This document shows, piece by piece, positions 45,411 through 53,097 of a DNA stretch of 53,125 nucleotides; the first letter of the stretch is position 1, and the number at the start of each line of letters is the position of its first letter. The notes under the pieces are model-generated. The model made no database searches. It had not been told where the DNA came from and saw only the letters and a list, made by a program, of their open reading frames with translations. The position numbers and the translations under genes are program-made. Source of the DNA: a virus (taxonomy: Duplodnaviria; Caudoviricetes); IMG/VR virus record IMGVR_UViG_3300025703_000003, positions 1-53,125 of that record. One strand, given 5' to 3'.

Positions 45411-46010
45411 TCATTCTACGCCCGAGCGCCAGTGATTTAGACGGTGTAGCGTCCGACTTAGTAGCCCATCAGAGGAGATGAAATGGCGAAGTACTACTGG
45501 ACGATCAATAAAGAAGAAGACCCGAGATACCACACGAACACCGGATGCTTTGAGGGATTGAAGATCAAGAAGGAGAACCGACGAGAGGGTGACTCCATCC
45601 CCGCTGACCGGACTCTCTGCGAAGAGTGCTGAGTCCCTAGTCTCGCGCCACTCGGCTTGAGCCTGGTCCCATTGGTGCCAGTGCCCATCAGTTCCAATGA
45701 AACTCGCGTACCACTGGCGCATGAGTTCCCGCGGTTCACCCGTGTAGTAGTGGTAGGTGGGTACAACACGACCCTCTAGGGGCATTCGAGCGCCGAATCC
45801 TTTGGGGATGGGAACGAGTTCCCAGTTCACGTCCGTAAGTCCTTTGTCCCATGCTCTGCGCACAAAACACAGTGGGCACCTAACGCCACCGGTTGAGCCG
45901 TCCAAGCCACAGTCCATGATCGAATCCCAGATTTCAAAGGGCGCGTGCCACCGGATATTCAGCCCTCCGCAGTCCGCACATGGTCCATCGCCGAGCCAAT
46001 TACCGGCCAT
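45411..46010 (-). CDS. passenger hypothetical protein (CxxC...CxxC N-terminal domain)
   Basis: PCADCGG...W...RCPLCFVRRA. Confidence 0.55.
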   Translation of the reverse strand: MAGNWLGDGPCADCGGLNIRWHAPFEIWDSIMDCGLDGSTGGVRCPLCFVRRAWDKGLTDVNWELVPIPKGFGARMPLEGRVVPTYHYYTGEPRELMRQWYASFIGTDGHWHQWDQAQAEWRETRDSALFAESPVSGDGVTLSSVLLLDLQSLKASGVRVVSRVFFFIDRPVVLRHFISSDGLLSRTLHRLNHWRSGVE

Positions 46011-46227
46011 GAGTGGCCTGATTTATGAGTTCATTTCGACCCTTTTTGTCAGCGCACTCGTCGCCGAGTTTTCGGTAGCGCGTCGTTATCCAAATCTTGC
46101 GCCTACCCGCATCGACAATCGTGTAGCACTGATGAGCAGAGCAGCGCGTACAGTCACGACACTGGCCCGGCGCTCTACCTCCATCCGGCTCAACGCCTTC
46201 GGTGGTCCATTTATGACGATGAATCAT
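46000..46227 (-). CDS. Cys-rich gene interrupted near its 3' end by the IS-like element
   Basis: Removing the element restores the ending ...RYRKLPLSAPKEP*. Confidence 0.6.
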   Translation of the reverse strand: MIHRHKWTTEGVEPDGGRAPGQCRDCTRCSAHQCYTIVDAGRRKIWITTRYRKLGDECADKKGRNELINQATHGR

Positions 46228-46228
46228 T

Positions 46229-46591
46229 TTACGGCTCCTTAGGGGCGCTGGAAGATGGGGAACACTTCATGCGCTTCTTCCATTTTCGCGGTGACTCCAC
46301 GACCCAATCTCGCCAGCACGGAAGAACACGGACGCTCCCTCGCTCAATGATTCCGCTGTTTCGCGGTTGGTCGTTAGGCCACTGCAACGTCCAGCGACGG
46401 TGACAGGAATCGCACTCCCACACGTCGCCGTCACGGTAGTTCATTGAGTCATCGTGAACCAGATTGCGCCCGATCATCTCGCTCGGCAATCCGAAGCGAC
46501 CCGTCGTCATTGCTTCGGTGATGAGTTCGAGTAGTTGCGCGACTCGACAAGTGTGGGCCGCCGGACGCCTGCTAATTACAGTTCCGCTCAT
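46229..46591 (-). CDS. hypothetical protein (cassette array), ends SSSAPKEP
   Basis: HTC...GDVWECDSCHRRW. Confidence 0.65.
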   Translation of the reverse strand: MSGTVISRRPAAHTCRVAQLLELITEAMTTGRFGLPSEMIGRNLVHDDSMNYRDGDVWECDSCHRRWTLQWPNDQPRNSGIIERGSVRVLPCWRDWVVESPRKWKKRMKCSPSSSAPKEP

Positions 46592-46902
46592 AGTTCCCCC
46601 GTCACTGGATGCCGCTCAATACTTTGAGGACACGTCTCGGCAGTGTGACCGTTCCGTCCGCACCAATCGCATTTCTCTCCCATTCGCTCGGCTACAATCA
46701 CAACTTCCCAGATAGCAACGCGAATTGCGTCTTGGGCTATCTCTCTCGCGTCCGCCATCGACACGTCCTCGGGCTTGAACCATTCCTTGGTCAAGGCAGC
46801 GTCAGCCATCGCGTAAAGAGCTTTGGCAATTGACTGGCGCTCTTGACTGCGCCCCGCTTCTCGCGCCGCCTCAACGACATCATCTAAAGTCGCTTCACTC
46901 AT
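46588..46902 (-). CDS. hypothetical protein with zinc-knuckle-like C-terminus
   Basis: CDWCGRNGHTAETC; start supplied by the junction repeat. Confidence 0.62.
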   Translation of the reverse strand: MSEATLDDVVEAAREAGRSQERQSIAKALYAMADAALTKEWFKPEDVSMADAREIAQDAIRVAIWEVVIVAERMGEKCDWCGRNGHTAETCPQSIERHPVTGEL

Positions 46903-46903
46903 T

Positions 46904-47245
46904 TCACCCCTCCGTTTCAGGTGTAGGGGCGTTGGAAGATGGGGTGGCCTCGTCAATTTCGGTTGGGCACCCTTGGTCCAACAGTGCCAGAACTGAAGTG
47001 GTCCCGTGGCCGCTGTCACGCTGTTCCTTAACCCAATTGCGCGCCACTTCAATTATCCCCTGAAGGCGCGCAATCTCGGTGACCTTGGCGTCGATAAAGT
47101 CGCACTGATGCTTACATACGGCAGCGTCGCACACAACGCACGAATCCCAGGTTGATTCGCTCACAGGTTTCCTTTTTGGGGGGGCCGTGGGTATGGGGGC
47201 GAAGCCTCGAACTGAACCTTTCGCCTGACGATGATTTTCACTCAT
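46904..47245 (-). CDS. hypothetical protein (cassette array), ends SSNAPTPETEG
   Basis: Bounded by two junction repeats. Confidence 0.62.
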   Translation of the reverse strand: MSENHRQAKGSVRGFAPIPTAPPKRKPVSESTWDSCVVCDAAVCKHQCDFIDAKVTEIARLQGIIEVARNWVKEQRDSGHGTTSVLALLDQGCPTEIDEATPSSNAPTPETEG

Positions 47246-47246
47246 T

Positions 47247-47504
47247 TCACTCCTCCGTTTCAGGTGTAGGGGCGCTCGAAGATGGGAAACGTGCTTTGTC
47301 AACTTCGGCTCTGAGGTCAGCGGCCAAGAGTGGCAGTTCGCGCTCGCACAGGTCGGCGTAGGCGTTCAGTGCCTCGCGGGCGAAGGTGTCGTGAGTCACG
47401 TCCAGCACGAAGTAGAAACAGCCGTCATGCTTTCGGCCCTTCCCATCGTTGCCGTCAACTCGCGAAATGTGATACTTCCCTTCGGGGTAAAGACCGTCCT
47501 TCAT
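47247..47504 (-). CDS. hypothetical phage protein (cassette array), ends SSSAPTPETEE
   Basis: KY...RVDG.....KHDGC.YFVLD..HD.FA..AL.AYA motif. Confidence 0.7.
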   Translation of the reverse strand: MKDGLYPEGKYHISRVDGNDGKGRKHDGCFYFVLDVTHDTFAREALNAYADLCERELPLLAADLRAEVDKARFPSSSAPTPETEE

Positions 47505-47505
47505 T

Positions 47506-48153
47506 TCATTTCTCCGTTTCAGGTGTAGGGGCGCTGGAAGATTCAAGAATGCGCCATTGAAAATCTTCGCCGTCCCAGAATGCGTCAACGGGGCCGTCGT
47601 ACAACTTCGATTCATAGCCGGTCGATTCGTGGCATTCGAGCCAGTCGTAGCACTCAAACGATTCTTGGCTCTGGCATTTCCCAGCGTCAACCAACGTGTG
47701 GTCGCCAAGTTCGTCCCACAGTTCACAGTCGTCGTCCGTACAACGCATCCGACAGAACGAACCCTCGGGAGCCGTGCAAGTGAACTTCGTTCGCACCCAA
47801 TCGTTCTCGACCCAAACACGCAAATTGTGAAAGTTCCTCTCCGTTAGCCCTGTAGGGGCGCTCGCGGCGAGAATGAAATCGTGCTTTGGAAGTGCCTTTC
47901 GGCCACTGTCGTTGGCGAACCATAGAGCGCAGAAGTAGCAGCCGTCCTCGCCAGCCAACAGACGTGCAGCCTGAACTTGGTCGTGCGGTAATCGCGGCGG
48001 TTCAGGGGCGAGGGTTTTTAATTTGTCGGCGGCGAAGCATAATCCCATGCTGAACTCATGAATTTCATTGGTTTCGGCAGCCGCTTTGTAGAGCAGGTCA
48101 ATCGCCGCTTCACGCGAAATCACGTCGCCCCTCAGTTCACTTGGCTCAGTCAC
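47506..48153 (-). CDS. hypothetical protein, probable fusion of two cassettes
   Basis: Begins MTEPSE with DVISREAAI, ends SSSAPTPETEK; internal degenerate repeat. Confidence 0.65.
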   Translation of the reverse strand: MTEPSELRGDVISREAAIDLLYKAAAETNEIHEFSMGLCFAADKLKTLAPEPPRLPHDQVQAARLLAGEDGCYFCALWFANDSGRKALPKHDFILAASAPTGLTERNFHNLRVWVENDWVRTKFTCTAPEGSFCRMRCTDDDCELWDELGDHTLVDAGKCQSQESFECYDWLECHESTGYESKLYDGPVDAFWDGEDFQWRILESSSAPTPETEK

Positions 48154-48349
48154 TGGTCTCCTCTGAAATTAGGGCGTCGATAGCAAATTGAAGTCCTTCC
48201 ATCCGAGCGTCGTGACAGATTCCGCGAGGCTTGAATGAGTTGTCGCAGCACTTCTCGTCGCACTTGAAATACATCTCTCGCTCCTTCGTCAACTCGGTAA
48301 CCAACACTCCAAGAGTGTCGTTCCTCTTTCGTTCACTTGGCTCAGTCAT
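48146..48349 (-). CDS. hypothetical protein starting MTEPSE
   Basis: Coupled to both neighbours. Confidence 0.55.
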   Translation of the reverse strand: MTEPSERKRNDTLGVLVTELTKEREMYFKCDEKCCDNSFKPRGICHDARMEGLQFAIDALISEETSD

Positions 48350-48524
48350 AGAGTTTCCCTTTCGGCTTGCGATGGTGCAGGTAGGCGTCGGAGTTTTCCT
48401 CGACGTAGGGCGCGAGTGTCGCTCGCAAGTCTCGGGCGACATCTGTGTCAATGCGGCCCAATTGCCACCATCTGTCGATGTGCGCCTTGCAAACCTCGTA
48501 TGGCTCTGGCTGGACGAGACTCAT
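48342..48524 (-). CDS. hypothetical protein
   Basis: 60-aa coupled ORF. Confidence 0.5.
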   Translation of the reverse strand: MSLVQPEPYEVCKAHIDRWWQLGRIDTDVARDLRATLAPYVEENSDAYLHHRKPKGKLYD

Positions 48525-48561
48525 TTCTTTTCCTTTCGTTCACTTGGCTCAGGGGGGCGAG

Positions 48562-48888
48562 TCATGCGTTTTCTTTCGCAGCGGCACGTTCAAAACGACG
48601 ACGGGCGATTTCTGCATCAGCGAGGTCGAGTCCTTCCGCTATGCCCGAGGCGCGACCGAGAAAATGCGGCATAACGGGCTTCTGGTCGATGAAGAACATC
48701 ATCCGATCATTCCTTGCGTACTCCACGAGGAACCACTGACGTTTCGTTTCGTCGGTCTGGCCTTCGTAGATTGCGAAGTAACGGTCCTCTTGCAGTGTCC
48801 AGACTCCGGTGTCGGCCTTCTTCCACACACCGACCGCCGAGAAATGGAACTTGGGCTTCGCGGACTTCTTCTTGGCTTTCTTGCTCAT
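48562..48888 (-). CDS. hypothetical protein
   Basis: 108-aa ORF with a GAGGA RBS. Confidence 0.6.
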   Translation of the reverse strand: MSKKAKKKSAKPKFHFSAVGVWKKADTGVWTLQEDRYFAIYEGQTDETKRQWFLVEYARNDRMMFFIDQKPVMPHFLGRASGIAEGLDLADAEIARRRFERAAAKENA

Positions 48889-48938
48889 TTCATCCTCATT
48901 TTCCTTGGCTCAGGGGCAAGATTTTCGTTTTTCATGGT

Positions 48939-49112
48939 TCAGCTTTCTGATCGTGTCGCTCGGTACGTCTCGTCGTTAATTCCTAGAACCTCGTCGGCCG
49001 CTTGCATGGCCGCTTTGTGCACGAACTCAGCGAAGGTTATGCCGAGGATACGGCAGACCTCCGCGAGACGCTTACGCTCTTCGGCGCTGAAGGTGACGAT
49101 CTTGCGCGTCAT
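48939..49112 (-). CDS. ribbon-helix-helix-like protein (57 aa, not in the ORF track)
   Basis: MTRKIVTFSAEERKRLAEVCRILGITFAEFVHKAAM... Confidence 0.55.
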   Translation of the reverse strand: MTRKIVTFSAEERKRLAEVCRILGITFAEFVHKAAMQAADEVLGINDETYRATRSES

Positions 49113-49286
49113 AACGGCAGGCTGTGACGCGTGATGACCATGTGCTGGCCGTCCTTGTCGTGGAAGGTCAGGCCGTCCTTGAATGCCTCGACGTACCTCG
49201 GGTAGGTGGCTACTGGGACGCGAGTCGTCTTGGCGTCGTTCTCTCGCTCGAGGGTGTACAGAACCTCGTGGCGGCGGACGTTGGTC

Positions 49287-49613
49287 TCAGACATTCGATT
49301 CCTTAGCAATCTCCCTAGGCAGTCCGTACCATTCGCGCTCGGCACGGTGATTGGGCATCGCGAGTCGTGCGGCTAATGCTTTGCGGTAACTGTCGATCAT
49401 GCGCTGCGCGAACGCGACCGCTTCTTCACGAGTTGCGAACGCTTTGCGGAGAGCAGGATTCTTGGTGTAACCGCGACTGCCGTCCTTGGTCTTGGTGCAG
49501 TTGATAACTGGCACGTAGGGCCACTCAGGACTGCGCCCGCGCTTCACGGCCGACGCCGTTCCGAAGTCGACTCCCGCGACTACCTTTTCAATGGCTTCGG
49601 TCAGTTCACTCAT
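49287..49613 (-). CDS. hypothetical protein, first gene of the accessory operon
   Basis: CCTGGAGGG RBS directly behind the promoter/operator. Confidence 0.68.
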   Translation of the reverse strand: MSELTEAIEKVVAGVDFGTASAVKRGRSPEWPYVPVINCTKTKDGSRGYTKNPALRKAFATREEAVAFAQRMIDSYRKALAARLAMPNHRAEREWYGLPREIAKESNV

Positions 49614-49639
49614 TTAACCCTCCAGGTTAGTTACTGCCT

Positions 49640-49677
49640 TGTATGACCAATCATACATGGTTCGGAGGCAATTGCAA
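49640..49677 (-). promoter_or_regulatory. sigma70-type promoter with operator copy 4 (49640-49657)
   Basis: Minus strand TTGCAA-N16-TATGAT overlapping TGTATGACCAATCATACA. Confidence 0.75.
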
Positions 49678-49683
49678 GTCAAT

Positions 49684-49899
49684 TTAGGGTATTTCTGGCT
49701 TCTCACCGTGCTTTACCCCGCGAATGATGTCCGCCCTCATCACTCCCGAGGCCCGAGCGAGTTCGGCCTGGGAATCTCCGGCTTCGAGTCGACGTCGCCA
49801 GATACTGCGTCTCCGGGCGTAGATGCCGTTCTTCTTGTCGGTCAGGCCCGCTATCTCGCGGAGTTCTTCGTAGTCGCGCTCTTTAGAGATTCGGGGCAT
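49684..49899 (-). CDS. helix-turn-helix DNA-binding protein
   Basis: GDSQAELARASGV.RADI motif. Confidence 0.68.
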   Translation of the reverse strand: MPRISKERDYEELREIAGLTDKKNGIYARRRSIWRRRLEAGDSQAELARASGVMRADIIRGVKHGEKPEIP

Positions 49900-50173
49900 T
49901 GATGACCTTCTCCATGTCGTCTCGTAGTCGTTCTTCATCTAAATCTGCGGGCGTAAGATTCGATAGCCGACGATGTATCGAGCCAGTGTTGTATTCGTGC
50001 GCTAACTCACCCCTTGACCAAAGAATCGTAATCTTCTCAATGCCGTTGCCAACGGCGAGTTTCAGTAATTCTTCTTCGACCGCGACTCGATCAGTGAAGG
50101 TAAACACGATCTTGTCACCTTCGATGACGCCACCACAATGCGCGACCATTTCTTCGAGCGACATCCCACTCAT
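49883..50173 (-). CDS. hypothetical protein
   Basis: Coupled ORF. Confidence 0.55.
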   Translation of the reverse strand: MSGMSLEEMVAHCGGVIEGDKIVFTFTDRVAVEEELLKLAVGNGIEKITILWSRGELAHEYNTGSIHRRLSNLTPADLDEERLRDDMEKVINAPNL

Positions 50174-50538
50174 TCCTCATCCTCTCCGAGGTCCATCGTC
50201 AACTGTCCGCGCTTCAATGCTTCGGCTTCGACGAAGAGGTCGACGGCCTTTTGCAGCACTGAACCCAAGAGTTCGTCCTTGTCGCCCTCGTCGAAGAACA
50301 CTGCGGAGCGAGCTTCGAATATTTGGATTTGCTCGACACCGATTGGGGATCCATCGACGCTCTCGTAGTCGAAGCGGTCCTTTGCTTTCACTAAGCGCAC
50401 GATTGCGAACACCGTCTCGTTGGGTTCGTACAACTGGGGCTTGATCTCCAATGTCTCACTGAGTCGGGTGTTCAACTTCGACACCGTGGCTGAGGTTGAG
50501 AGGATGGGGAGTTTCTTGAACTTGCCGAGATCGGTCAC
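50170..50538 (-). CDS. hypothetical protein
   Basis: Coupled ORF ending GQLTMDL. Confidence 0.62.
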   Translation of the reverse strand: MTDLGKFKKLPILSTSATVSKLNTRLSETLEIKPQLYEPNETVFAIVRLVKAKDRFDYESVDGSPIGVEQIQIFEARSAVFFDEGDKDELLGSVLQKAVDLFVEAEALKRGQLTMDLGEDEE

Positions 50539-50900
50539 AGATCAATCCTCTCTTGGATATCGCGTAGACGTCGCGTGAGTTTACGAACCTTGACGGCGTG
50601 CATTAAAAACCATGACTGAACGTTGCTCCCGTCGACCGCCTCTGCGATTTCGTCAACGAGCGACATCTTCTCGTTCGATGGTCGAAGTAGGTCTGACGTC
50701 TTGTCCTCAAGCGCCGAAACAGTCAAATCGAGAGATTCGAGAGCATCCGTTAACTCCTTCTCGGCGTCCCGGATTGTCATTCGGTCTCGGCTCTGTCCGG
50801 GTTCTGCGCGCCCGTTGTATTCCTGCTTGCCTACTACTTCGGTTGCCTCTTCATACGCCATTGGAATACCTTTCGTGGGTGGGTTTGGTAAGTGGTTCAA
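50535..50900 (-). CDS. coiled-coil hypothetical protein
   Basis: Likely start MAYEE at 50861. Confidence 0.6.
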   Translation of the reverse strand: MNHLPNPPTKGIPMAYEEATEVVGKQEYNGRAEPGQSRDRMTIRDAEKELTDALESLDLTVSALEDKTSDLLRPSNEKMSLVDEIAEAVDGSNVQSWFLMHAVKVRKLTRRLRDIQERIDL

Positions 50901-50907
50901 TCATACA

Positions 50908-51258
50908 TCAGGAGGCTTTACGCCTCACGAGTATCGCCGGTGATTCGTGGACTTCGCGGAGTTGGAACAAGCCGTCCCAGTCTGGATGATTCTTCAAGAG
51001 CAGCCTTGCGTAATAAGCCGAATAGGAATTGTTGAGGCGATATTCGCTGGACGGGTCTGTGGTCTGCAAGTAATAATTCCACCTAAGGACTTCGACGCAC
51101 ATTTTGATAGAGATCCGCTTGCGGCCCCGTGCCACCATCATCGCAGCCATGCCCTCTAACGCTTCATACACGCGAGGGTTGCGGGCGTGGAACGTCTCGA
51201 AGCGGTCACGGAGCGTCGCGGTCTTTGGCAGGTCGTCAACGTCGAAAAGTGTGTTCAT
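50908..51258 (-). CDS. conserved-looking phage hypothetical protein
   Basis: F..FHA.NP.VY, EVLRW and YRLNNSYSAYYAR pattern. Confidence 0.7.
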   Translation of the reverse strand: MNTLFDVDDLPKTATLRDRFETFHARNPRVYEALEGMAAMMVARGRKRISIKMCVEVLRWNYYLQTTDPSSEYRLNNSYSAYYARLLLKNHPDWDGLFQLREVHESPAILVRRKAS

Positions 51259-51509
51259 AGGTTCTTCATGTCCTCGCTCAATAGATACGCAAACCTGTCT
51301 CGCCACTTCTCGTCATCCCTACGATCGCGCCAGTCGACAATCATGCCGAATGCGTACATCACCGTCACGGGGAGCGCGAGCGCCAACATCCAATGATTCT
51401 GAGTCATCACGAGGAGCGCCGTCCACGTAGCCATAACTGGAACCGACATAATCACACACGTAACCGCAAACGAGAACGGGTGACGCTTTTCCCATAGCGA
51501 GGTGTTCAC
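51255..51509 (-). CDS. two-TM membrane protein
   Basis: Two hydrophobic stretches. Confidence 0.55.
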   Translation of the reverse strand: MNTSLWEKRHPFSFAVTCVIMSVPVMATWTALLVMTQNHWMLALALPVTVMYAFGMIVDWRDRRDDEKWRDRFAYLLSEDMKNL

Positions 51510-51709
51510 TGGAACGCCCCCTTCCCGTAGAGCGCGGTGATCGTGGCGTCGAGCAGGTCTTCCACCGCATGAAAGTCGCCGTTGAATCTCACGTCCTGTG
51601 GCTGCTCGGGATCGAAGACGACGCCGGTCGGGTTGCCGTAGCGCATGACCATTTCGTAGCGGAAACGCTTCTCTTCGAGTTCACTGAGGCCGCCGAGGAT
51701 GATTGCCAT
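51506..51709 (-). CDS. hypothetical protein
   Basis: Coupled ORF. Confidence 0.55.
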   Translation of the reverse strand: MAIILGGLSELEEKRFRYEMVMRYGNPTGVVFDPEQPQDVRFNGDFHAVEDLLDATITALYGKGAFQ

Positions 51710-52221
51710 CAGTCGACCTCCACGAACACGCAGTCCTCGTGAACTACTGTCTTCGACCCGTTTGGCAATGTTCGCTCAACGAGGTCCGACGATCCGAATA
51801 CAGCGGGCTTGTGGCATACCCAGCACTGAGCGTTGTCGCGCCAGTCGTCATATTCCTTCGGGATATCTTTGATGACGTCGTTGTCCGAGCCTTCGACGAG
51901 AGCGACGCTGTGCGGCAGTTGCCAGACCCTTCCACATTCCGCGCAACGCAGGGCGTATGCGAAGTCGCCGTCGTAGTGTCCTTGCGTTCCACAGTCGCAG
52001 TAGAAGTCGAGACAGACTTCAGTTCCTTTCCACTGAATGAAAACGCTCGTACCCTCGATAGGCGTGTAGTCCGGCGCGTAACGCGCTGGTCGTTCGCGCC
52101 CAGCCAACTCTTCTCGGAGCGCAGCATTCGTGGCGAGGAGTCGCTGTCGACAGGTGTGAGCCGAGTACGGCCACGTATCCATGTCGTCGTAACGCTGTTC
52201 GTCTGAATTGTCGACAGTCAT
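51709..52221 (-). CDS. Cys-rich hypothetical phage protein
   Basis: FIQWKGTEVCLDFYCDCG...H.DG.FAY..RCAECG. Confidence 0.65.
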   Translation of the reverse strand: MTVDNSDEQRYDDMDTWPYSAHTCRQRLLATNAALREELAGRERPARYAPDYTPIEGTSVFIQWKGTEVCLDFYCDCGTQGHYDGDFAYALRCAECGRVWQLPHSVALVEGSDNDVIKDIPKEYDDWRDNAQCWVCHKPAVFGSSDLVERTLPNGSKTVVHEDCVFVEVD

Positions 52222-52583
52222 AGTTCCTCACTCTCGCCGGCACTGAGCGCCAGCCCTAGAATGTTCGCCGGTTCCCCGAAGCCTCCATGTGCATGCGTCC
52301 AAGAATGCGCTTCGTTACAAAGCGCGATCAGATTCGATTCCGAGTTGGTCCCGCCTCGCGAGCGGTACTTACGGTGGTGGACGTGAACGGCGGCGTGCCA
52401 GTTGTAGCCATCGCCGCATACCGTCCATAGTTGCCCCGTTGCCATGCGTGTAGCAAGGGTAAAATTCGCGGCCTCGCACAGAACGTGAGCGCGTTCCATG
52501 ATGATCGGTTTCATTCGATTGAACTCGGCGTCGTACTCGCTGAGTCGCTTGGTCTTCTTCTTGGTGGGTGCGGAACGCTTCAC
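52218..52583 (-). CDS. HNH endonuclease
   Basis: HVHHRKYRSRGGTNSESNLIALCNEAHSWTH; GTG start inferred (ORF track 52218..52754). Confidence 0.82.
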   Translation of the reverse strand: MKRSAPTKKKTKRLSEYDAEFNRMKPIIMERAHVLCEAANFTLATRMATGQLWTVCGDGYNWHAAVHVHHRKYRSRGGTNSESNLIALCNEAHSWTHAHGGFGEPANILGLALSAGESEEL

Positions 52584-52737
52584 TTGCGCACCCCGCTCAT
52601 GATCCTCACGTCGGCCTTGGGGTCCTTGCTCAAGATGAATCCCCTCATGGACCAGGCTTCGAAGAGCGTCATCATCTTTCGGTTGTCGGTTCCGCGTACT
52701 GCGGTTACTCCGTAGACCGTGACATAGAAGCGGCGCT

Positions 52738-53097
52738 TCATACGTGCGCCTCATCGCACTCTTGCTGAGACTTCAACAGAACGCCGATGCGCTCGGGTTT
52801 GAACTCTTCACGCGCAAAGGGCCCGTACATCGCAACCTGACCGCCAGGATTGCACCCGAGACGGTGCGCCGCCGCTACCGCGCTGGCCGCGTCCATCGCG
52901 GGAACGATGCAAGCCCCTAGCCATGACGGACCGCCAGGGCGCTGTTCTTCCAAAGGAATCGAGTTAGATATCTCGGTGTCCACAAACGACAGATACCAGA
53001 CCGACATGTCGCCCTCGTCGAGCGACGACGCCATCAGGTCGCGAAATGAAGCCGCTGCAATTCGCCGATCACGTTCTTCGTCTGAAACTCTCATCAC
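52738..53097 (-). CDS. hypothetical phage protein
   Basis: WYLSFVD...WLGACIV...AHRLGCNPGGQV. Confidence 0.68.
   Translation of the reverse strand: MMRVSDEERDRRIAAASFRDLMASSLDEGDMSVWYLSFVDTEISNSIPLEEQRPGGPSWLGACIVPAMDAASAVAAAHRLGCNPGGQVAMYGPFAREEFKPERIGVLLKSQQECDEAHV

Larger units (their letters stand above)
44942..46065. mobile_element. non-autonomous IS1595-like element (1124 bp) with passenger ORFs
   Basis: 28-bp TIRs matching 24/28 (44942-44969 and 46038-46065); perfect 8-bp TSD GAGTTTTC at 44934-44941 and 46066-46073. Confidence 0.8.
46900..47542 (-). repeat. 41-bp gene-junction repeats at 46900-46940, 47243-47283 and 47502-47542 (relatives at 46225-46256, 44904-44925, 47838-47863)
   Basis: Minus-strand consensus ATCTTCCAGCGCCCCTACACCTGAAACGGAGRRRTGAAATG. 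Confidence 0.9.
48135..48913 (-). repeat. CTGAGCCAAGTGAAC repeat family (48135-48149, 48331-48345, 48538-48552, partial 48904-48913)
   Basis: Exact 15-bp matches at gene starts or in minigenes, encoding EPSE. Confidence 0.85.

Noticed and set aside
44968-45414. 148-aa minus-strand ORF as a real gene
   Set aside because: It overlaps the more plausible 45266..45406 ORF and the transposase remnant, and its composition is not protein-like.
44942-46065. Invertible segment controlled by a recombinase
   Set aside because: The 8-bp direct duplication and the restored reading frame on excision indicate insertion; no invertase is seen.
46225-48913. Junction repeats as a CRISPR array
   Set aside because: The intervening sequences are hundreds of bp long, variable in length and are intact genes; no cas operon is present.
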